Source of the DNA: an uncultured Porphyromonadaceae bacterium
GTDB lineage: Bacteria; Bacteroidota; Bacteroidia; Bacteroidales; UBA12481
Direction: 5' to 3'
DNA length: 64,000 nt
Assembly: GCA_964465145.1 (NCBI GenBank)
Contig: CAYXJR010000013.1
Coordinates: forward strand, 6,766 to 70,765
In this document: piece by piece, positions 18,960 to 29,964 of the stretch
Layout: every line of letters begins with the position of its first letter
How positions within the stretch are numbered: position 1 is the stretch's first letter
Notes under the pieces: generated by a model
Told to the model about the DNA's origin: nothing
What the model saw: only the letters and a program-made list of their open reading frames with translations
Database searches by the model: none
Made by a program: the position numbers and the translations under genes

Positions 18960-20867
18960 TTAATTATCCTTAATCTCCTCAAAATCCACATCTGTTACTT
19001 CATCCTGAGGTTTACCTGATTTCTGGGACTCAGCTGTGGGCCCCTGAGGCTCTGCCTGCCCTCCTGCTCCTTGCTTGTACATTTCTTCAGAAGCGGCCTG
19101 GAAAACCTGGTTCAGTTCAGTTGTGGCTGAATCAATACCCGCCAGGTCCTGGCTTTTATGAGCCTCCTTGAGTTTGGCCAAGGCATCTTCAATAGGTTTT
19201 TTCTTATCAACCGGTAATTTATCTCCGAATTCTTTCAATTGTTTTTCTGTTTGGAATATCAGACTGTCAGCAGAGTTAATTTTGTCGACCTTCTCCTTTT
19301 GCTTTTTATCTTCCTCAGCAAATTTCTGAGCTTCGTCCTTCATCCTTTTGATTTCATCATCGGAAAGTCCTGAAGAAGCTTCGATACGAATATTCTGCTC
19401 TTTACCTGTTCCCTTATCTTTAGCGGATACATTCAGGATACCGTTAGCATCAATATCGAAGGTTACTTCAATTTGAGGGATGCCTCTTGGTGCCGGAGGA
19501 ATTCCATCGAGGTGAAACCGGCCAATAGTTTTATTTTGGCTGGCCATAGGGCGTTCCCCTTGCAGTACATGAATTTCCACCGATGGCTGGCTGTCGCCTG
19601 CTGTGGTAAAGGTCTCCGTTTTCTTTGAAGGGATGGTTGTGTTTGATTCTATCAGTTTGGTCATCACACTACCAAGGGTTTCTATACCTAAAGAAAGAGG
19701 AGTAACATCGAGCAATAGAACATCCTTAACCTCACCGGATAGTACACCACCCTGGATAGCTGCCCCAATAGCAACAACCTCATCCGGGTTAACTCCTTTG
19801 GACGGTGTTTTACCAAAGAAATCAGAAACCAACTGTTGAATTGCTGGTATACGGGTTGATCCGCCTACCAGAATAACCTCATCAATTTCACTTTTACTAA
19901 TTCCAGCATCGTTGAGTGCCTTCTGGCATGGACCGATAGTTGCCTGAATGAGTGTGTCAGTTAATTGCTCGAATTTAGCTCTCGTGAGGGATCTCACCAG
20001 GTGTTTTGGTACTCCGTCAACAGGCATTATGTATGGTAGATTCAACTCAGTTGTAGATGAACTGGAAAGTTCGATTTTGGCTTTTTCGGCAGCTTCCTTC
20101 AAACGCTGCAATGCCATAGGATCTCTTCTTAGATCAATGCCTTCATCCTTTAAAAACTCATCAGCTAACCAGTCGATGATGGTCTGATCGAAATCATCTC
20201 CTCCAAGGTGGGTATCCCCGTTGGTTGATTTTACTTCAAAAACACCCCCACCAAGCTCCAGTAAAGAGATGTCAAAGGTTCCTCCACCAAGGTCGAATAC
20301 GGCAATCGTTATGTCTTTACCTTTTTTATCAAGGCCATAAGCCAGTGCGGCAGCAGTTGGTTCGTTGATTATTCTTTTTACATTCAATCCGGCAATTTCC
20401 CCGGCCTCTTTAGTAGCCTGTCTTTGAGAATCATTAAAATAAGCAGGAACAGTGATTACTGCATCGGTTACTTCCTGACCCAGGTAGTCCTCGGCAGTTT
20501 TCTTCATTTTCTGAAGCACCATGGCAGATATTTCCTGGGGAGAATATTTTCTATCCTCAATCACCACCCTGGGGGTATTGTTTTCACCCTCTACTACTTT
20601 ATAAGGCACACGTGCGATTTCATTTTTAAGGTTATTGAATTTTTCACCCATTAGCCTTTTGATGGAATAGACTGTTTTGGTTGGGTTGGTGATGGCTTGC
20701 CGTTTTGCCGGATCTCCCACTTTGCGCTCGCCTTTGTCGACGAATGCTACCATGGAAGGGGTTGTCCTTTTTCCTTCACTATTGGGAATGACAACTGGCT
20801 CATTACCTTCCATTACAGATACACAAGAGTTGGTGGTTCCCAAATCGATTCCTATTATTTTACCCAT
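18960..20867 (-). CDS. dnaK: molecular chaperone DnaK (Hsp70)
   Basis: Hsp70 signatures [21 protein letters not shown] and [11 protein letters not shown]. 635 aa. Confidence 0.98.
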   Translation of the reverse strand: MGKIIGIDLGTTNSCVSVMEGNEPVVIPNSEGKRTTPSMVAFVDKGERKVGDPAKRQAITNPTKTVYSIKRLMGEKFNNLKNEIARVPYKVVEGENNTPRVVIEDRKYSPQEISAMVLQKMKKTAEDYLGQEVTDAVITVPAYFNDSQRQATKEAGEIAGLNVKRIINEPTAAALAYGLDKKGKDITIAVFDLGGGTFDISLLELGGGVFEVKSTNGDTHLGGDDFDQTIIDWLADEFLKDEGIDLRRDPMALQRLKEAAEKAKIELSSSSTTELNLPYIMPVDGVPKHLVRSLTRAKFEQLTDTLIQATIGPCQKALNDAGISKSEIDEVILVGGSTRIPAIQQLVSDFFGKTPSKGVNPDEVVAIGAAIQGGVLSGEVKDVLLLDVTPLSLGIETLGSVMTKLIESNTTIPSKKTETFTTAGDSQPSVEIHVLQGERPMASQNKTIGRFHLDGIPPAPRGIPQIEVTFDIDANGILNVSAKDKGTGKEQNIRIEASSGLSDDEIKRMKDEAQKFAEEDKKQKEKVDKINSADSLIFQTEKQLKEFGDKLPVDKKKPIEDALAKLKEAHKSQDLAGIDSATTELNQVFQAASEEMYKQGAGGQAEPQGPTAESQKSGKPQDEVTDVDFEEIKDN

Positions 20868-21020
20868 TTTTATGCTATTTTAATTTGTTGTCTTATTTAT
20901 ATCGCTTAGCTGCTCAATGATTGTGCCAACAACGAAAATTGACATGAGTATGAAATAATGACATTTAATAAGGATTTTCACCTTATGTCAAACCAGACAA
21001 AATGACAAAATAGTTATTGC

Positions 21021-22028
21021 CTATCTGTTATAATAGTCATCAGTGCTATCAACGAAACCCAGAAATTTGGTATGTATTCCGAAAGATAAAGAATCGATGG
21101 ATGGAAAGGTAAAGGCTTTACCCTGTAGTTCCTGGTGGTAGCGTGCTGAGAACAGTCCTATCCCTCCCGAAATATTTGTGTAAACAGGTTTTTCCTGATT
21201 GATCCCCTCATCGGGATTGTAGATCTGCATAAAGGTGTACAATTCTTCTCCTCCAACGGTGAAGAGAAAATCAAAAGTCTTCTTCTGTGCAATTCGGTGT
21301 ATCCCATTTTCCGGAGGGAACAACTTGGATGGAAGCCACTTGTAAAACTGCTCGTGGTTAATATCGGTCTTCATCCTTTCTCCTCCTCCAGAATGTTCAG
21401 ATACATAGTGTGCTATATTCCAGACAAGCGATTTAGGTATTGTGTCATTCTGCAAAACTTCAAGATAATTGAATCGAATCTGCAGAAAGTATACTCTTGC
21501 ATAGGGGGCTGATTCCCATTCAACACGTATTTCACCGTTGTATTGCGACAAGTTGAGTGTAGGCTGGGTGTAGGGAGGTTTTATAATACGAATCTTATCG
21601 ACTAGGTTTGTCCGGGCTTTAATGGTATCTTCCTTACCGGGAATTACAATTTGGAGTCGGTATTCACTAGCTCCTTCCAATTTGCTGTTATTAGCATAAA
21701 GGCGATTTGGGTTGGAGGCAAAAATCCCGGTATTCCTGGGGATGGAATCAATTTCATTAAAAACCAGCTTTTCCCTGAATTCTCCATCCCGCCACCTTTC
21801 CATAAATACTTCAGCTTTAGGATAGTAAATAGAGTCAGCAACTGCTGCCATCTCGTAGGCATTCATTTCGCCGGCAAAAGATTTTTCCAGACGCAGATAA
21901 TTGGTTGAATCATTCTGATTCAGGATGCTGTAAATGACTGGAATATCAACATATGGGGCCTGTATTTGCATGTCATTGTTACAGGCAGCCCCAAAAATCA
22001 ATAAACACAAGATTATTGTCTTTTTCAC
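21021..22028 (-). CDS. hypothetical lipoprotein
   Basis: Long ORF with lipoprotein signal KKTIILCLLIFGAAC. I prefer the GTG start at 22028 over TTG 22037. I recognise no catalytic motif. Confidence 0.5.
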   Translation of the reverse strand: MKKTIILCLLIFGAACNNDMQIQAPYVDIPVIYSILNQNDSTNYLRLEKSFAGEMNAYEMAAVADSIYYPKAEVFMERWRDGEFREKLVFNEIDSIPRNTGIFASNPNRLYANNSKLEGASEYRLQIVIPGKEDTIKARTNLVDKIRIIKPPYTQPTLNLSQYNGEIRVEWESAPYARVYFLQIRFNYLEVLQNDTIPKSLVWNIAHYVSEHSGGGERMKTDINHEQFYKWLPSKLFPPENGIHRIAQKKTFDFLFTVGGEELYTFMQIYNPDEGINQEKPVYTNISGGIGLFSARYHQELQGKAFTFPSIDSLSFGIHTKFLGFVDSTDDYYNR

Positions 22029-22179
22029 TTGGATCAATTCTGCCTCGAAGATATCACCTAATCAATAACTGTCAAAACGATCCGTGAAATTATAACTCTC
22101 GTCTGTTGTTTGGGATGGTACTTATTGGCATAATTTAATGGCAATATCATGAATTAGATGCGGGTGCAAAAAGAATTTG

Positions 22180-22187
22180 TAGATTTG
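22180..22187 (+). promoter_or_regulatory. -7 promoter box TAGATTTG upstream of panB
   Basis: Exact TAnnTTTG match 47 nt upstream of ATG 22234. It is followed by a leader hairpin, CGTGGC(22188-22193)/GCCACG(22205-22210). Confidence 0.4.
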
Positions 22188-22233
22188 CGTGGCGGTGGAG
22201 AACGGCCACGTAATTAATTAAACTATAATTATT

Positions 22234-23049
22234 ATGTCTTTACACGACCAGGTCAGAAGGGTTACTACCCATGTTCTGAATGAAATGAAGCTGCGTGGCG
22301 AGAAAATAGCCATGCTAACTGCTTACGATTTTTCCACTGCCCGAATCCTGGATGCCACAAGTATCGACGTTGTTTTAGTTGGCGATTCTGCCTCAAATGT
22401 GATGGCTGGTCATGAAACTACCCTTCCCATTACCCTCGATCAGATGATATACCATGCTGCTTCGGTTGTTAGGGCAATACACAGGGCACTGGTAGTAGTT
22501 GACCTGCCTTTCGGAACATACCAGGGTAATTCAAAGGAGGCCCTTACTTCTGCCATCCGTATTATGAAAGAAACCGGGGCGGCGGCAGTAAAGATAGAGG
22601 GTGGACAGGAGGTTTTGGAATCGGTTGGCCGTATACTTTCTGCCGGGATTCCTGTGATGGGGCATCTTGGACTGACACCGCAATCCATCCACAAATTTGG
22701 TACATATGTAGTGCGTGCCACTGAGGAAGATGAGGCAGATAAACTTATAAGGGATGCCCGCCTATTAGAGGAGGCAGGTTGTTTTGCAATAGTACTGGAG
22801 AAGATACCGGCCAAGCTGGCCAAAATAGTAACAGCCGAGATATCTATCCCAACAATTGGAATTGGAGCAGGTGCAGGAGTTGACGGCCAGGTTCTTGTTC
22901 TTCATGATATGTTGGGTATTACTCAGGATTTTTCTCCAAGGTTCCTGCGTCGATACCATAACCTTTTTGAGGAGATCAAAGGGGCTGTGTCAAACTATAT
23001 TGACGACGTGCGTAATGGCGATTTTCCTAACGACAAAGAACAATACTAA
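22234..23049 (+). CDS. panB: 3-methyl-2-oxobutanoate hydroxymethyltransferase
   Basis: PanB motifs [29 protein letters not shown] and GHLGLTPQS. Confidence 0.93.
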   Translation: MSLHDQVRRVTTHVLNEMKLRGEKIAMLTAYDFSTARILDATSIDVVLVGDSASNVMAGHETTLPITLDQMIYHAASVVRAIHRALVVVDLPFGTYQGNSKEALTSAIRIMKETGAAAVKIEGGQEVLESVGRILSAGIPVMGHLGLTPQSIHKFGTYVVRATEEDEADKLIRDARLLEEAGCFAIVLEKIPAKLAKIVTAEISIPTIGIGAGAGVDGQVLVLHDMLGITQDFSPRFLRRYHNLFEEIKGAVSNYIDDVRNGDFPNDKEQY

Positions 23050-23086
23050 TACAAGATGTAAGTCGCAAGACTTAAGATAGTTTGGA

Positions 23087-23764
23087 ATGGAAATTTTATA
23101 CGAGGATAATCATCTGATAATTGTTAATAAAACAGGTTCTGACCTTGTACAGGGTGACCGTACCGGAGATATTTCCCTGGATACCAGGGTTAAAGAGTAT
23201 ATCAAAAAGAAATATGATAAGCCAGGGGATGTTTATTTGGGTGTTCCGCACCGTCTGGATCGTCCTGTAACCGGAGCGGTCATTTTTGCCCGGACCAGTA
23301 AGGCTCTGGAACGGTTGAATAAGATGTTCCAGGAGCAGCAGATGAAAAAAATTTATTGGGCCGTTGTGAAGAATAGGCCTGCATTGGAGGAGGACGAATT
23401 GATTAATTTCATCAGAAGAAACCCAGATAAAAACAAGTCGCATATAATGCAATCGGCAAAAAAGGGAGCCAAAGAAGCCCGGCTCCGTTATCAAATGATT
23501 GGGAGTACAAATAATTATTATTTTCTTGAGATTGAGTTATTTACCGGTCGTCACCATCAAATCAGATGTCAATTGGCTCATATAGGGAGCCCAATCAAAG
23601 GGGATCTGAAATATGGATTTCCACGATCGAACAAAGAGGGAGGGATTCATCTCCATGCCAGGAAAATAAGTTTTCTGCACCCTGTTAAGCAAGTGCCTGT
23701 AAGCGTAATTGCTAAACCCCCATCCGATGCTCTATGGGATGAGTTCCTGATTCAAAGGGGATAA
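23087..23764 (+). CDS. RluA-family RNA pseudouridine synthase
   Basis: Catalytic Asp motif HRLDRPVTGAVIFA and the C-terminal GRHHQIR motif. It has no S4 domain. Confidence 0.85.
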   Translation: MEILYEDNHLIIVNKTGSDLVQGDRTGDISLDTRVKEYIKKKYDKPGDVYLGVPHRLDRPVTGAVIFARTSKALERLNKMFQEQQMKKIYWAVVKNRPALEEDELINFIRRNPDKNKSHIMQSAKKGAKEARLRYQMIGSTNNYYFLEIELFTGRHHQIRCQLAHIGSPIKGDLKYGFPRSNKEGGIHLHARKISFLHPVKQVPVSVIAKPPSDALWDEFLIQRG

Positions 23765-24235
23765 TCACCATATGAATTTTAGGGGAAGCAAAGGATCAAC
23801 TGATTTCACCATGTGAATATGGTCTTGTCCGACCATCCAAACCTCTATTGGTTCCTGGAACCTGTCCTGTGTTTGAATCATGACCTGGCGGCAGGCCCCA
23901 CAAGGATAAACCGGTGTTTTTGAAAGTTGGCCACGATCGAGTGCCACCAGAATCATCTTCCTGACAGGTACATCCGGATAATTTGCATTAGCAAAATACA
24001 GGGTAGTCCGCTCAGCACACATTCCCGAGGGATAGGCTGCATTTTCTTGATTATTCCCCGAGAATATCTTTCCATTGGCAAGTTCCACTACCGCTCCAAC
24101 CTTGAACTCAGAATAAGGGGCGTATGCTTTTTTGGCTGTTTCTTTAGCTAACTCTATCAGGCTGGAAATGTGCAGATCCAGCATGCTAAAGTCAGAAAAT
24201 TCTTCAAATGTAAAGTTAAGCTCTCTAGTGCCCAT
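23765..24235 (-). CDS. cdd: cytidine deaminase
   Basis: Zinc-binding motifs CAERTTL and PCGACRQVM. 156 aa. Confidence 0.88.
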   Translation of the reverse strand: MGTRELNFTFEEFSDFSMLDLHISSLIELAKETAKKAYAPYSEFKVGAVVELANGKIFSGNNQENAAYPSGMCAERTTLYFANANYPDVPVRKMILVALDRGQLSKTPVYPCGACRQVMIQTQDRFQEPIEVWMVGQDHIHMVKSVDPLLPLKFIW

Positions 24236-24251
24236 GCAATTATGTTTTTGT

Positions 24252-24259
24252 CAAATGTA
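24252..24259 (-). promoter_or_regulatory. -7 promoter box TACATTTG upstream of cdd
   Basis: Exact TAnnTTTG match on the minus strand, 17 nt upstream of ATG 24235. Confidence 0.4.
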
Positions 24260-24298
24260 CAAAAAACCCATAGCCTAATGTTAGTCGTCAAATTTCAC

Positions 24299-24306
24299 TA
24301 TTTTTG
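24299..24306 (+). promoter_or_regulatory. -7 promoter box TATTTTTG upstream of the glucosaminidase/LysM gene
   Basis: Exact TAnnTTTG match 30 nt upstream of ATG 24336. Confidence 0.4.
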
Positions 24307-24335
24307 CGACTATTGACTAAAGTTTCTACCTTATT

Positions 24336-25325
24336 ATGATGTGGTTTTGGCCCGACTTAAGATTTCATTCAATTATACTTTTCCTATATCTGTCTGGCCT
24401 TATCTTCAGCAGTAATACTGTGTATGCTCAGAAAGACCCCCTAAAAGCTTCCTACATTAATCAGTATTCTGATCTGGCAGTAAGCGAAATGCGAAGGTCA
24501 GGCATTCCGGCCAGCATAACCATGGCCCAGGCAATTCTTGAATCTGATATTGGTAGAAGTGAATTAGCCACAATTGCGAATAATCACTTTGGTATCAAGT
24601 GTCACCTGGAATGGGAAGGAAAGCGGTTTTATTATGATGATGATGAAAAGCATGAATGCTTCAGGTTTTATAAGGATCCCGCAGATTCTTTTTACGACCA
24701 TTCCATATTTCTGTTAACCCGTGATCGCTATAAGGTATTGTTTGAGCTGGATCCTATGGATTATAAGGCATGGGCTAAAGGGCTGAAAGAAGCGGGATAT
24801 GCAACTAACCCCGGATATGCAGAAATTTTAATACGGATTATTGAGGAGGAGAATTTAACTCATTTGGATAACGGGATTCTCCGGGCTGTTTCGAGAAATT
24901 CGACATCCGATGGTAGGGTGACGGGCCCACCGAATCAGATATACCAACCTCTCGAATCTTCTCAGCTGCCTTATCATAATCGTAACCGGGTAGATTTTGT
25001 TATTGCAAGTAAAGGTGAAACGGTAAAATCGCTTACAGGAAAATTGGATTTGTTAAAATGGGAAATCAGAAAATATAATGAATTAGAGCGAGGCGAGGAA
25101 ATACAGGAAGGGGCAATAATATACACGCAGCCTAAGCGCAAGAGGGCCGCAAAAGGATTTGATATGCACCTCGTCAGGAAAGGTGAGACCATCTATTCTA
25201 TCTCCCAGCACTTCGGAATAAAGACCAAGTGGTTGCTCAAGCGAAATAATCTCAAGGAAGGAGCAATTCTAATAGAAGGACAACGAATCTGGTTGAGGGG
25301 TAAAAAGCCTGAAGTGAATAAATGA
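24336..25325 (+). CDS. peptidoglycan hydrolase: N-acetylglucosaminidase (GH73-like) domain plus two LysM domains
   Basis: Glucosaminidase motif (SGIPASITMAQAILESDIGRSELA..NNHFGIK...YATNPGYA). Two C-terminal LysM-like repeats (VIASKGETVKSLTGKL..., HLVRKGETIYSISQHFG...). Confidence 0.82.
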   Translation: MMWFWPDLRFHSIILFLYLSGLIFSSNTVYAQKDPLKASYINQYSDLAVSEMRRSGIPASITMAQAILESDIGRSELATIANNHFGIKCHLEWEGKRFYYDDDEKHECFRFYKDPADSFYDHSIFLLTRDRYKVLFELDPMDYKAWAKGLKEAGYATNPGYAEILIRIIEEENLTHLDNGILRAVSRNSTSDGRVTGPPNQIYQPLESSQLPYHNRNRVDFVIASKGETVKSLTGKLDLLKWEIRKYNELERGEEIQEGAIIYTQPKRKRAAKGFDMHLVRKGETIYSISQHFGIKTKWLLKRNNLKEGAILIEGQRIWLRGKKPEVNK

Positions 25326-25328
25326 ACC

Positions 25329-26288
25329 CTATCTTGCAGTAATAAGGTTCTTCCTGTATCCTCTTAGGAATTCTTCTGTGTCCATTATCTTTTTCCCGGC
25401 AGGCTGCAATCGCATGATCCTGACAGCACCATTCCCAGAATAAACAATTAATTCATTCTTATCCGATTTGTAAACTTTACCGGGTGGCATTAACTTATTG
25501 GATACAAGCATTTCCACACTTAATATCTTCACCGAAATTTCTTCCTTATTATCATTTGTAAAAAACGTCCATGCTCCAGGATATGGGCTTAATCCACGTA
25601 TGAAATTATATATCTTGAGGCTTTCTGATGTCCAATTAATTTTGCAATGTTCTTTAAAAAGTTTCGGTGCAGGTTTCAATACCATGCCGGGCTTTTCTAA
25701 CATGGTCTGGTTGGTCAACCGTGTGTTGCCGGCATTAATATGCCCGATGGTTTTTAATACCAGATTAGCTCCTTTAATCATTAATTCATCGTGTAAATCC
25801 CCGGCTGACATGGAATCGGATATGATGACTTTTTCCTGTAGAATTATTTTGCCGGTGTCAATTTCCTTATCAATAAAAAAAGTGGTTAATCCTGTTTCTT
25901 TTTCCCCATTCATCACAGCCCAGTTAATTGGTGCTGCACCCCGGTATTGAGGCAGGAGGGAGGCGTGGAGATTAAAAGTCCCCAGAGGAGGCAATCTCCA
26001 AACACTTTCTGGCAACATTCTAAATGCTACAACAATGAATAGATCAGGTTTTAAGGATTGCAAAGATTCAAAGAATGAAGGGTCCTTTAGTTTAACTGGT
26101 TGTAATACAGGAATTTTGTGCTCGAATGCAAATATTTTAACCGGGGAACTCATGAGCTGTTGACCCCTTCCTGCAGGACGATCCGGAGCCGTCACCACGC
26201 CAACCACTTTCTCTCCTGCTTCGACCAGAGCTTTCAAGCTGGCCACAGCAAAATCCGGTGTACCCATGAAGACGATCCTGGTATCCAT
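25329..26288 (-). CDS. fmt: methionyl-tRNA formyltransferase
   Basis: Motifs IVFMGTPDFAV and NLHASLLPQYRGAAPINWA. I start it at ATG 26288, because a -7 box lies inside the longer ORF-track version. Confidence 0.92.
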   Translation of the reverse strand: MDTRIVFMGTPDFAVASLKALVEAGEKVVGVVTAPDRPAGRGQQLMSSPVKIFAFEHKIPVLQPVKLKDPSFFESLQSLKPDLFIVVAFRMLPESVWRLPPLGTFNLHASLLPQYRGAAPINWAVMNGEKETGLTTFFIDKEIDTGKIILQEKVIISDSMSAGDLHDELMIKGANLVLKTIGHINAGNTRLTNQTMLEKPGMVLKPAPKLFKEHCKINWTSESLKIYNFIRGLSPYPGAWTFFTNDNKEEISVKILSVEMLVSNKLMPPGKVYKSDKNELIVYSGNGAVRIMRLQPAGKKIMDTEEFLRGYRKNLITAR

Positions 26289-26314
26289 ACAGCAGCTTAT
26301 TAATTCATTTACCA

Positions 26315-26322
26315 CAAAGGTA
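26315..26322 (-). promoter_or_regulatory. -7 promoter box TACCTTTG upstream of fmt
   Basis: Exact TAnnTTTG match on the minus strand, 27 nt upstream of ATG 26288. Confidence 0.4.
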
Positions 26323-26370
26323 AGTATTAATCATCTTCTACCCAGATCAAGTCTGCTGAGTCATATACCT

Positions 26371-27627
26371 TTATTTTTTGCCCTGATACTGGTAAGGAAT
26401 GTGAAGAAAATGCCCCATCTTTTCCTGCTTGGTCTTAAGGTAGAATTCGTTATGGGGATTTGGTTTTATTTCGAGAGGTATATTTTCGACGATTTGGATA
26501 TTGTATCCTTCCAAACCTGCACGTTTCTTTGGATTATTGGTAATCAACCTTATTTTTTTTAAGCCTAAATCTCTCAGGATCTGAGCACCAACACCATAAT
26601 CCCGTTCGTCAGCATCAAAACCAAGATTTAGATTTGCTTCAACGGTATCCTGGCCTTCTTCCTGCAATTTATAAGCTTTGATCTTATTAAACAGCCCTAT
26701 TCCACGTCCCTCCTGGTTCATATAGATGACGGCACCTTTGCCTGAATCATTGATCATCTGCATTGCCATATGTAACTGGGGGCCACAGTCGCATCGTAAT
26801 GAGCCAAAAATGTCACCTGTTAGGCAAGAGCTATGCACTCTTACCAGAACTGGTTCATCCTCCTTCCAGCTTCCTTTAACCAGAGCCACATGTTCCAGTC
26901 CATTGGATTTTTGAAGGTAAGGGATCAGGATAAATTCTCCCAGTTTTGTTGGCAGGTAAACAGTTTCTCCCCGTTCAATCAAGCTTTCTTCTTTTAATCT
27001 GAAAGCAATCAAATCTTCAATAGAAATTATTTTGAGATTGTGTTCGGCAGCAATTTCCAGTAGCTGCGGCAGACGAGCCATCGATCCATCGTCGTTCATT
27101 ATTTCTACCAATACGCCGCCAGGTTTTAATCCTGCCATTCGGGCCAGGTCAACGGCTGCTTCAGTATGTCCGGCCCTCCGAAGAACACCTCTTTCCTTTG
27201 CTTTCAACGGAAAAATGTGACCCGGCCTTGCCAGGTCTTCTGGATTGGAGTCAGGATCCACCAAAGCCTGAATCGTTTTTGATCTGTCGTGGGCTGAAAT
27301 CCCTGTGGTACAGCCCTTTCCGAGTAAATCAACAGATATTGTGAACGGGGTGGCATGTAGAGAAGTGTTCTTTCCAACCATTAGAGGAAGATCCAGTTCC
27401 TCACAACGGGATTCTGGAAGTGGAGCACAGATCAATCCTCTGCCAAATTTAGCCATGAAATTAACTATACCGGGAGTTATCAGCTCGGCAGCAGCTATAA
27501 AATCCCCTTCATTTTCACGGTCCTGGTCATCTACTACAATAACAATTTCTCCTTGACGGATAGCTGTTATGGCCTCATCAATTGTGTTAAGATCAGTCCT
27601 GATTTCTTTTTGTTGGTTCCCAGACAT
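26371..27627 (-). CDS. ribBA: bifunctional 3,4-dihydroxy-2-butanone-4-phosphate synthase / GTP cyclohydrolase II
   Basis: DHBP synthase motif [13 protein letters not shown]...[12 protein letters not shown] cyclohydrolase II zinc cysteines [19 protein letters not shown]. 418 aa. Confidence 0.94.
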   Translation of the reverse strand: MSGNQQKEIRTDLNTIDEAITAIRQGEIVIVVDDQDRENEGDFIAAAELITPGIVNFMAKFGRGLICAPLPESRCEELDLPLMVGKNTSLHATPFTISVDLLGKGCTTGISAHDRSKTIQALVDPDSNPEDLARPGHIFPLKAKERGVLRRAGHTEAAVDLARMAGLKPGGVLVEIMNDDGSMARLPQLLEIAAEHNLKIISIEDLIAFRLKEESLIERGETVYLPTKLGEFILIPYLQKSNGLEHVALVKGSWKEDEPVLVRVHSSCLTGDIFGSLRCDCGPQLHMAMQMINDSGKGAVIYMNQEGRGIGLFNKIKAYKLQEEGQDTVEANLNLGFDADERDYGVGAQILRDLGLKKIRLITNNPKKRAGLEGYNIQIVENIPLEIKPNPHNEFYLKTKQEKMGHFLHIPYQYQGKK

Positions 27628-28768
27628 TTGATTTTACCCCTTTCATTTTCCTCACAAAACCGATAAACATGGCCAAATTCATGGCGCAAAAGTGGGTAAT
27701 AAATCTTAAAATAAAAATGTGAAAATTTAGCTTTTTGAAGAACCAGTCAATTATTGGTGCCAAAAACAGGGTGAGATTGGCAATGAAAAGTATCAAAAAA
27801 AATGTTGAGACGGTTGATAGGATGAACAAGGAAATTAGAGCCAGGGCAAGGAAAAAAGGGCCAAACCAGCGAATAGCTTTATGACTTAAGAAGGAAAAAC
27901 CTATTCCCGACCAGGGCGGCCATAATAGCTTTTTGAAACGTGCCAGGTTCTGGAAATTCCCGGTGGCAATCCTGATTTTTCTCCGGTATTCAATGGCCAG
28001 ATCATTAGAAACATCTTCATAAACTATGGCTTTAGGGTTGTTAATGGCCTTATAACCTGATTCAAGTACAAGCATATTAAGGTAGAAATCATCGACAAGG
28101 AAATTGGAGGGGACTGGTTTAAACAGTGATTTACGAATAGCAAAACATCCTCCAAAGGGACCCATCATAGAACCCCAAATAAGGCTCTCTTCATGTTTAA
28201 TCCTGACCTCTCGGGAAATATACGCCTTTTCCTGCTGACTGATTCCTTCGCGTTTCATTCCCACATTAATCATCTGGCTGTCAACCAAGCCAATGTCCGG
28301 ATCAGAAAAGGGAAGCATTAGTTCCTTTATGGTCATCTGGTCAAACATCACATTTGCGTCTGAAAGGATCAGAATATCGCCTTGGGCATATTCTACTAGT
28401 ATATTGATTACATTAGGTTTACCCTGTCGGATTTCAAAAGGGAAAAAGCGCAGTTTGTTTTTCGGGTCCACGGCTAATTCAGAAAGGATGGAATTGGTTT
28501 GATCAGTGGAGCAGTCGGAGCCGACAAGGATTTCATATCGATCAGAGGGGTAAGCAGATTGAATAATGCTCTCAATCTTTTCCCGAATAACCTTTTCTTC
28601 GTTAAAAGCCGAAATCAGAATACTGACAAAAACAGGATCCGTCTTAATCTCATCCTTCCATGAAGAAATTTTGTTTGAGGACAGTAAACGGAGGATTAGG
28701 GGAAAAAGAATGTAGCTGTGAAAAACCGCAGCAAAACTCAACCAGAATATGATGGCAGCGACAATCAT
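27593..28768 (-). CDS. membrane-embedded glycosyltransferase family 2
   Basis: N-terminal TM helix, GT2 motifs [14 protein letters not shown] and [10 protein letters not shown] (DxD), and a C-terminal cluster of TM helices. Confidence 0.8.
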   Translation of the reverse strand: MIVAAIIFWLSFAAVFHSYILFPLILRLLSSNKISSWKDEIKTDPVFVSILISAFNEEKVIREKIESIIQSAYPSDRYEILVGSDCSTDQTNSILSELAVDPKNKLRFFPFEIRQGKPNVINILVEYAQGDILILSDANVMFDQMTIKELMLPFSDPDIGLVDSQMINVGMKREGISQQEKAYISREVRIKHEESLIWGSMMGPFGGCFAIRKSLFKPVPSNFLVDDFYLNMLVLESGYKAINNPKAIVYEDVSNDLAIEYRRKIRIATGNFQNLARFKKLLWPPWSGIGFSFLSHKAIRWFGPFFLALALISLFILSTVSTFFLILFIANLTLFLAPIIDWFFKKLNFHIFILRFITHFCAMNLAMFIGFVRKMKGVKSNVWEPTKRNQD

Positions 28769-29964
28769 ATGTTATTTTTCAGAAATTCTAAAAATCCTGC
28801 AATCAATTTCTCATTATTAAGTTTTTCAGCAACAAAGGTAAAAGCATTTTTACCAATTTCCTGGCAATATAGCGGATCTCTAATTACCTCAATAATAGCT
28901 GAGGAAAATAAAACTGGAGTATCGGCCACGAGGATGTTGGTTTTATGTTGCGTATCAATTCCTTCCGTTCCTATTGTGGTGGTAACAACTACCCGGCCGG
29001 AAGCCATGGCTTCAATAATTTTTATTCTCATACCGCTACCTGAAAATAGGGGGACTATATGAATAGGGTATGATTGAATAAATTTATCAGCATCTTCGAT
29101 CTCACCATGAAATTTTATGCCTGGACCTCTCATTCGCCTTTCAAACCATGAGGGGGCATTTCGGCCGGCCAGGTGAAACTCAATTCCCGGGATTTCCTTT
29201 ATCAACAAAGGCCATGCTTTTTCTACAAACCATATTAATCCCTCCTGATTAGGCAACCAATCGAGTGCACCCAAATGAGCAACAACAGGCTTGTTGAAAT
29301 TCAGGTCGGGACACTCAGTATAATCACCAGTGTATCCTGTTGGTAATACAAAACAAGGTTTCTTATTTCCCATATCATCAAGCGCCTGTGCATCTCTATT
29401 GGTGATTGGAACCAGAATGTCATAGCGGTTGATTATTCCCATTTCAAACTTATGTATCCTGTCAGAAAGCAGGCCAAGATACCATTTGCGCATACCCCTG
29501 GCATTATCGGTGGTCCTTTTCCAAATTTCATGCTCAACATTATGCGCCCGATAAGCTACCGGAGAAGGAGTACAGTCCCTGATGTCATCCAGGTATGCTG
29601 CAGGGTACAAATTCTCTAAGATAATCAGGTCGGGATCGATTTCTTTCAGTAGATCAATTAGAACCTTCCGAAAATCTGAAGAAATAAACCGTACCGCATT
29701 GTACGGCATTTTGGAGAAAAGCAAGTTTAACAATGCTTTGAAAGGTTGGATTCTCGTATTAACCAAAACCGCCCTGATCGCCAGATTTGGTTTCTCAAAT
29801 TTCCTTATAATATCAGGTGCAACAAAATGTTTACTGGTGTTCATAGCCAGTATCTGAACCTGATGGCCATGGTTTGCAAGGCCTTCAGACAGTCTCAGAC
29901 TGGCTATTGAACCACCGTCTTTGGGAGGTACCGGAACTTTATTGGTGATTTGAAGGATCTTCAT
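28765..29964 (-). CDS. glycosyltransferase family 4 (GT-B, group 1)
   Basis: N-terminus MKILQITNKVPVPPKDGGSIA and a C-terminal E-x7-E-like region (PLFSGSGMRIKIIEAMASG). Confidence 0.8.
   Translation of the reverse strand: MKILQITNKVPVPPKDGGSIASLRLSEGLANHGHQVQILAMNTSKHFVAPDIIRKFEKPNLAIRAVLVNTRIQPFKALLNLLFSKMPYNAVRFISSDFRKVLIDLLKEIDPDLIILENLYPAAYLDDIRDCTPSPVAYRAHNVEHEIWKRTTDNARGMRKWYLGLLSDRIHKFEMGIINRYDILVPITNRDAQALDDMGNKKPCFVLPTGYTGDYTECPDLNFNKPVVAHLGALDWLPNQEGLIWFVEKAWPLLIKEIPGIEFHLAGRNAPSWFERRMRGPGIKFHGEIEDADKFIQSYPIHIVPLFSGSGMRIKIIEAMASGRVVVTTTIGTEGIDTQHKTNILVADTPVLFSSAIIEVIRDPLYCQEIGKNAFTFVAEKLNNEKLIAGFLEFLKNNI

Noticed and set aside
20911-20930. Sigma-54-like element TTGGCAC-AATCA-TTGA on the minus strand about 45 nt upstream of dnaK
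   Set aside because: The -24 TGGCAC and the spacing fit, but the -12 element reads TTGA instead of TTGC, so the conserved GC is lost. With no enhancer-binding-protein context this is too weak to call.
20868-21020. Search for a CIRCE/HrcA operator upstream of dnaK
   Set aside because: No TTAGCACTC-N9-GAGTGCTAA-like inverted repeat is present. The closest string (TTGGCACAATCATTGAGCAGCTAA) has too many mismatches.
22440-22823. Long antisense or alternative-frame ORFs inside well-supported genes. Examples are 22440-22823 in panB, 23096-23494 in rluA-like, 25498-25950 in fmt, 47886-48320 in citF, 60565-60915 and 61206-61598 in glgB, and 45875-46219 in citDE.
   Set aside because: All lie fully within genes that have strong family motifs on the other strand or frame, and they have odd composition. 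These are typical shadow ORFs, and I found no evidence for overlapping genes.
27593-27700. FMN riboswitch upstream of ribBA
   Set aside because: The ribBA start lies inside the 3' end of the GT2 gene. There is no leader, and no RFN-like sequence was seen.
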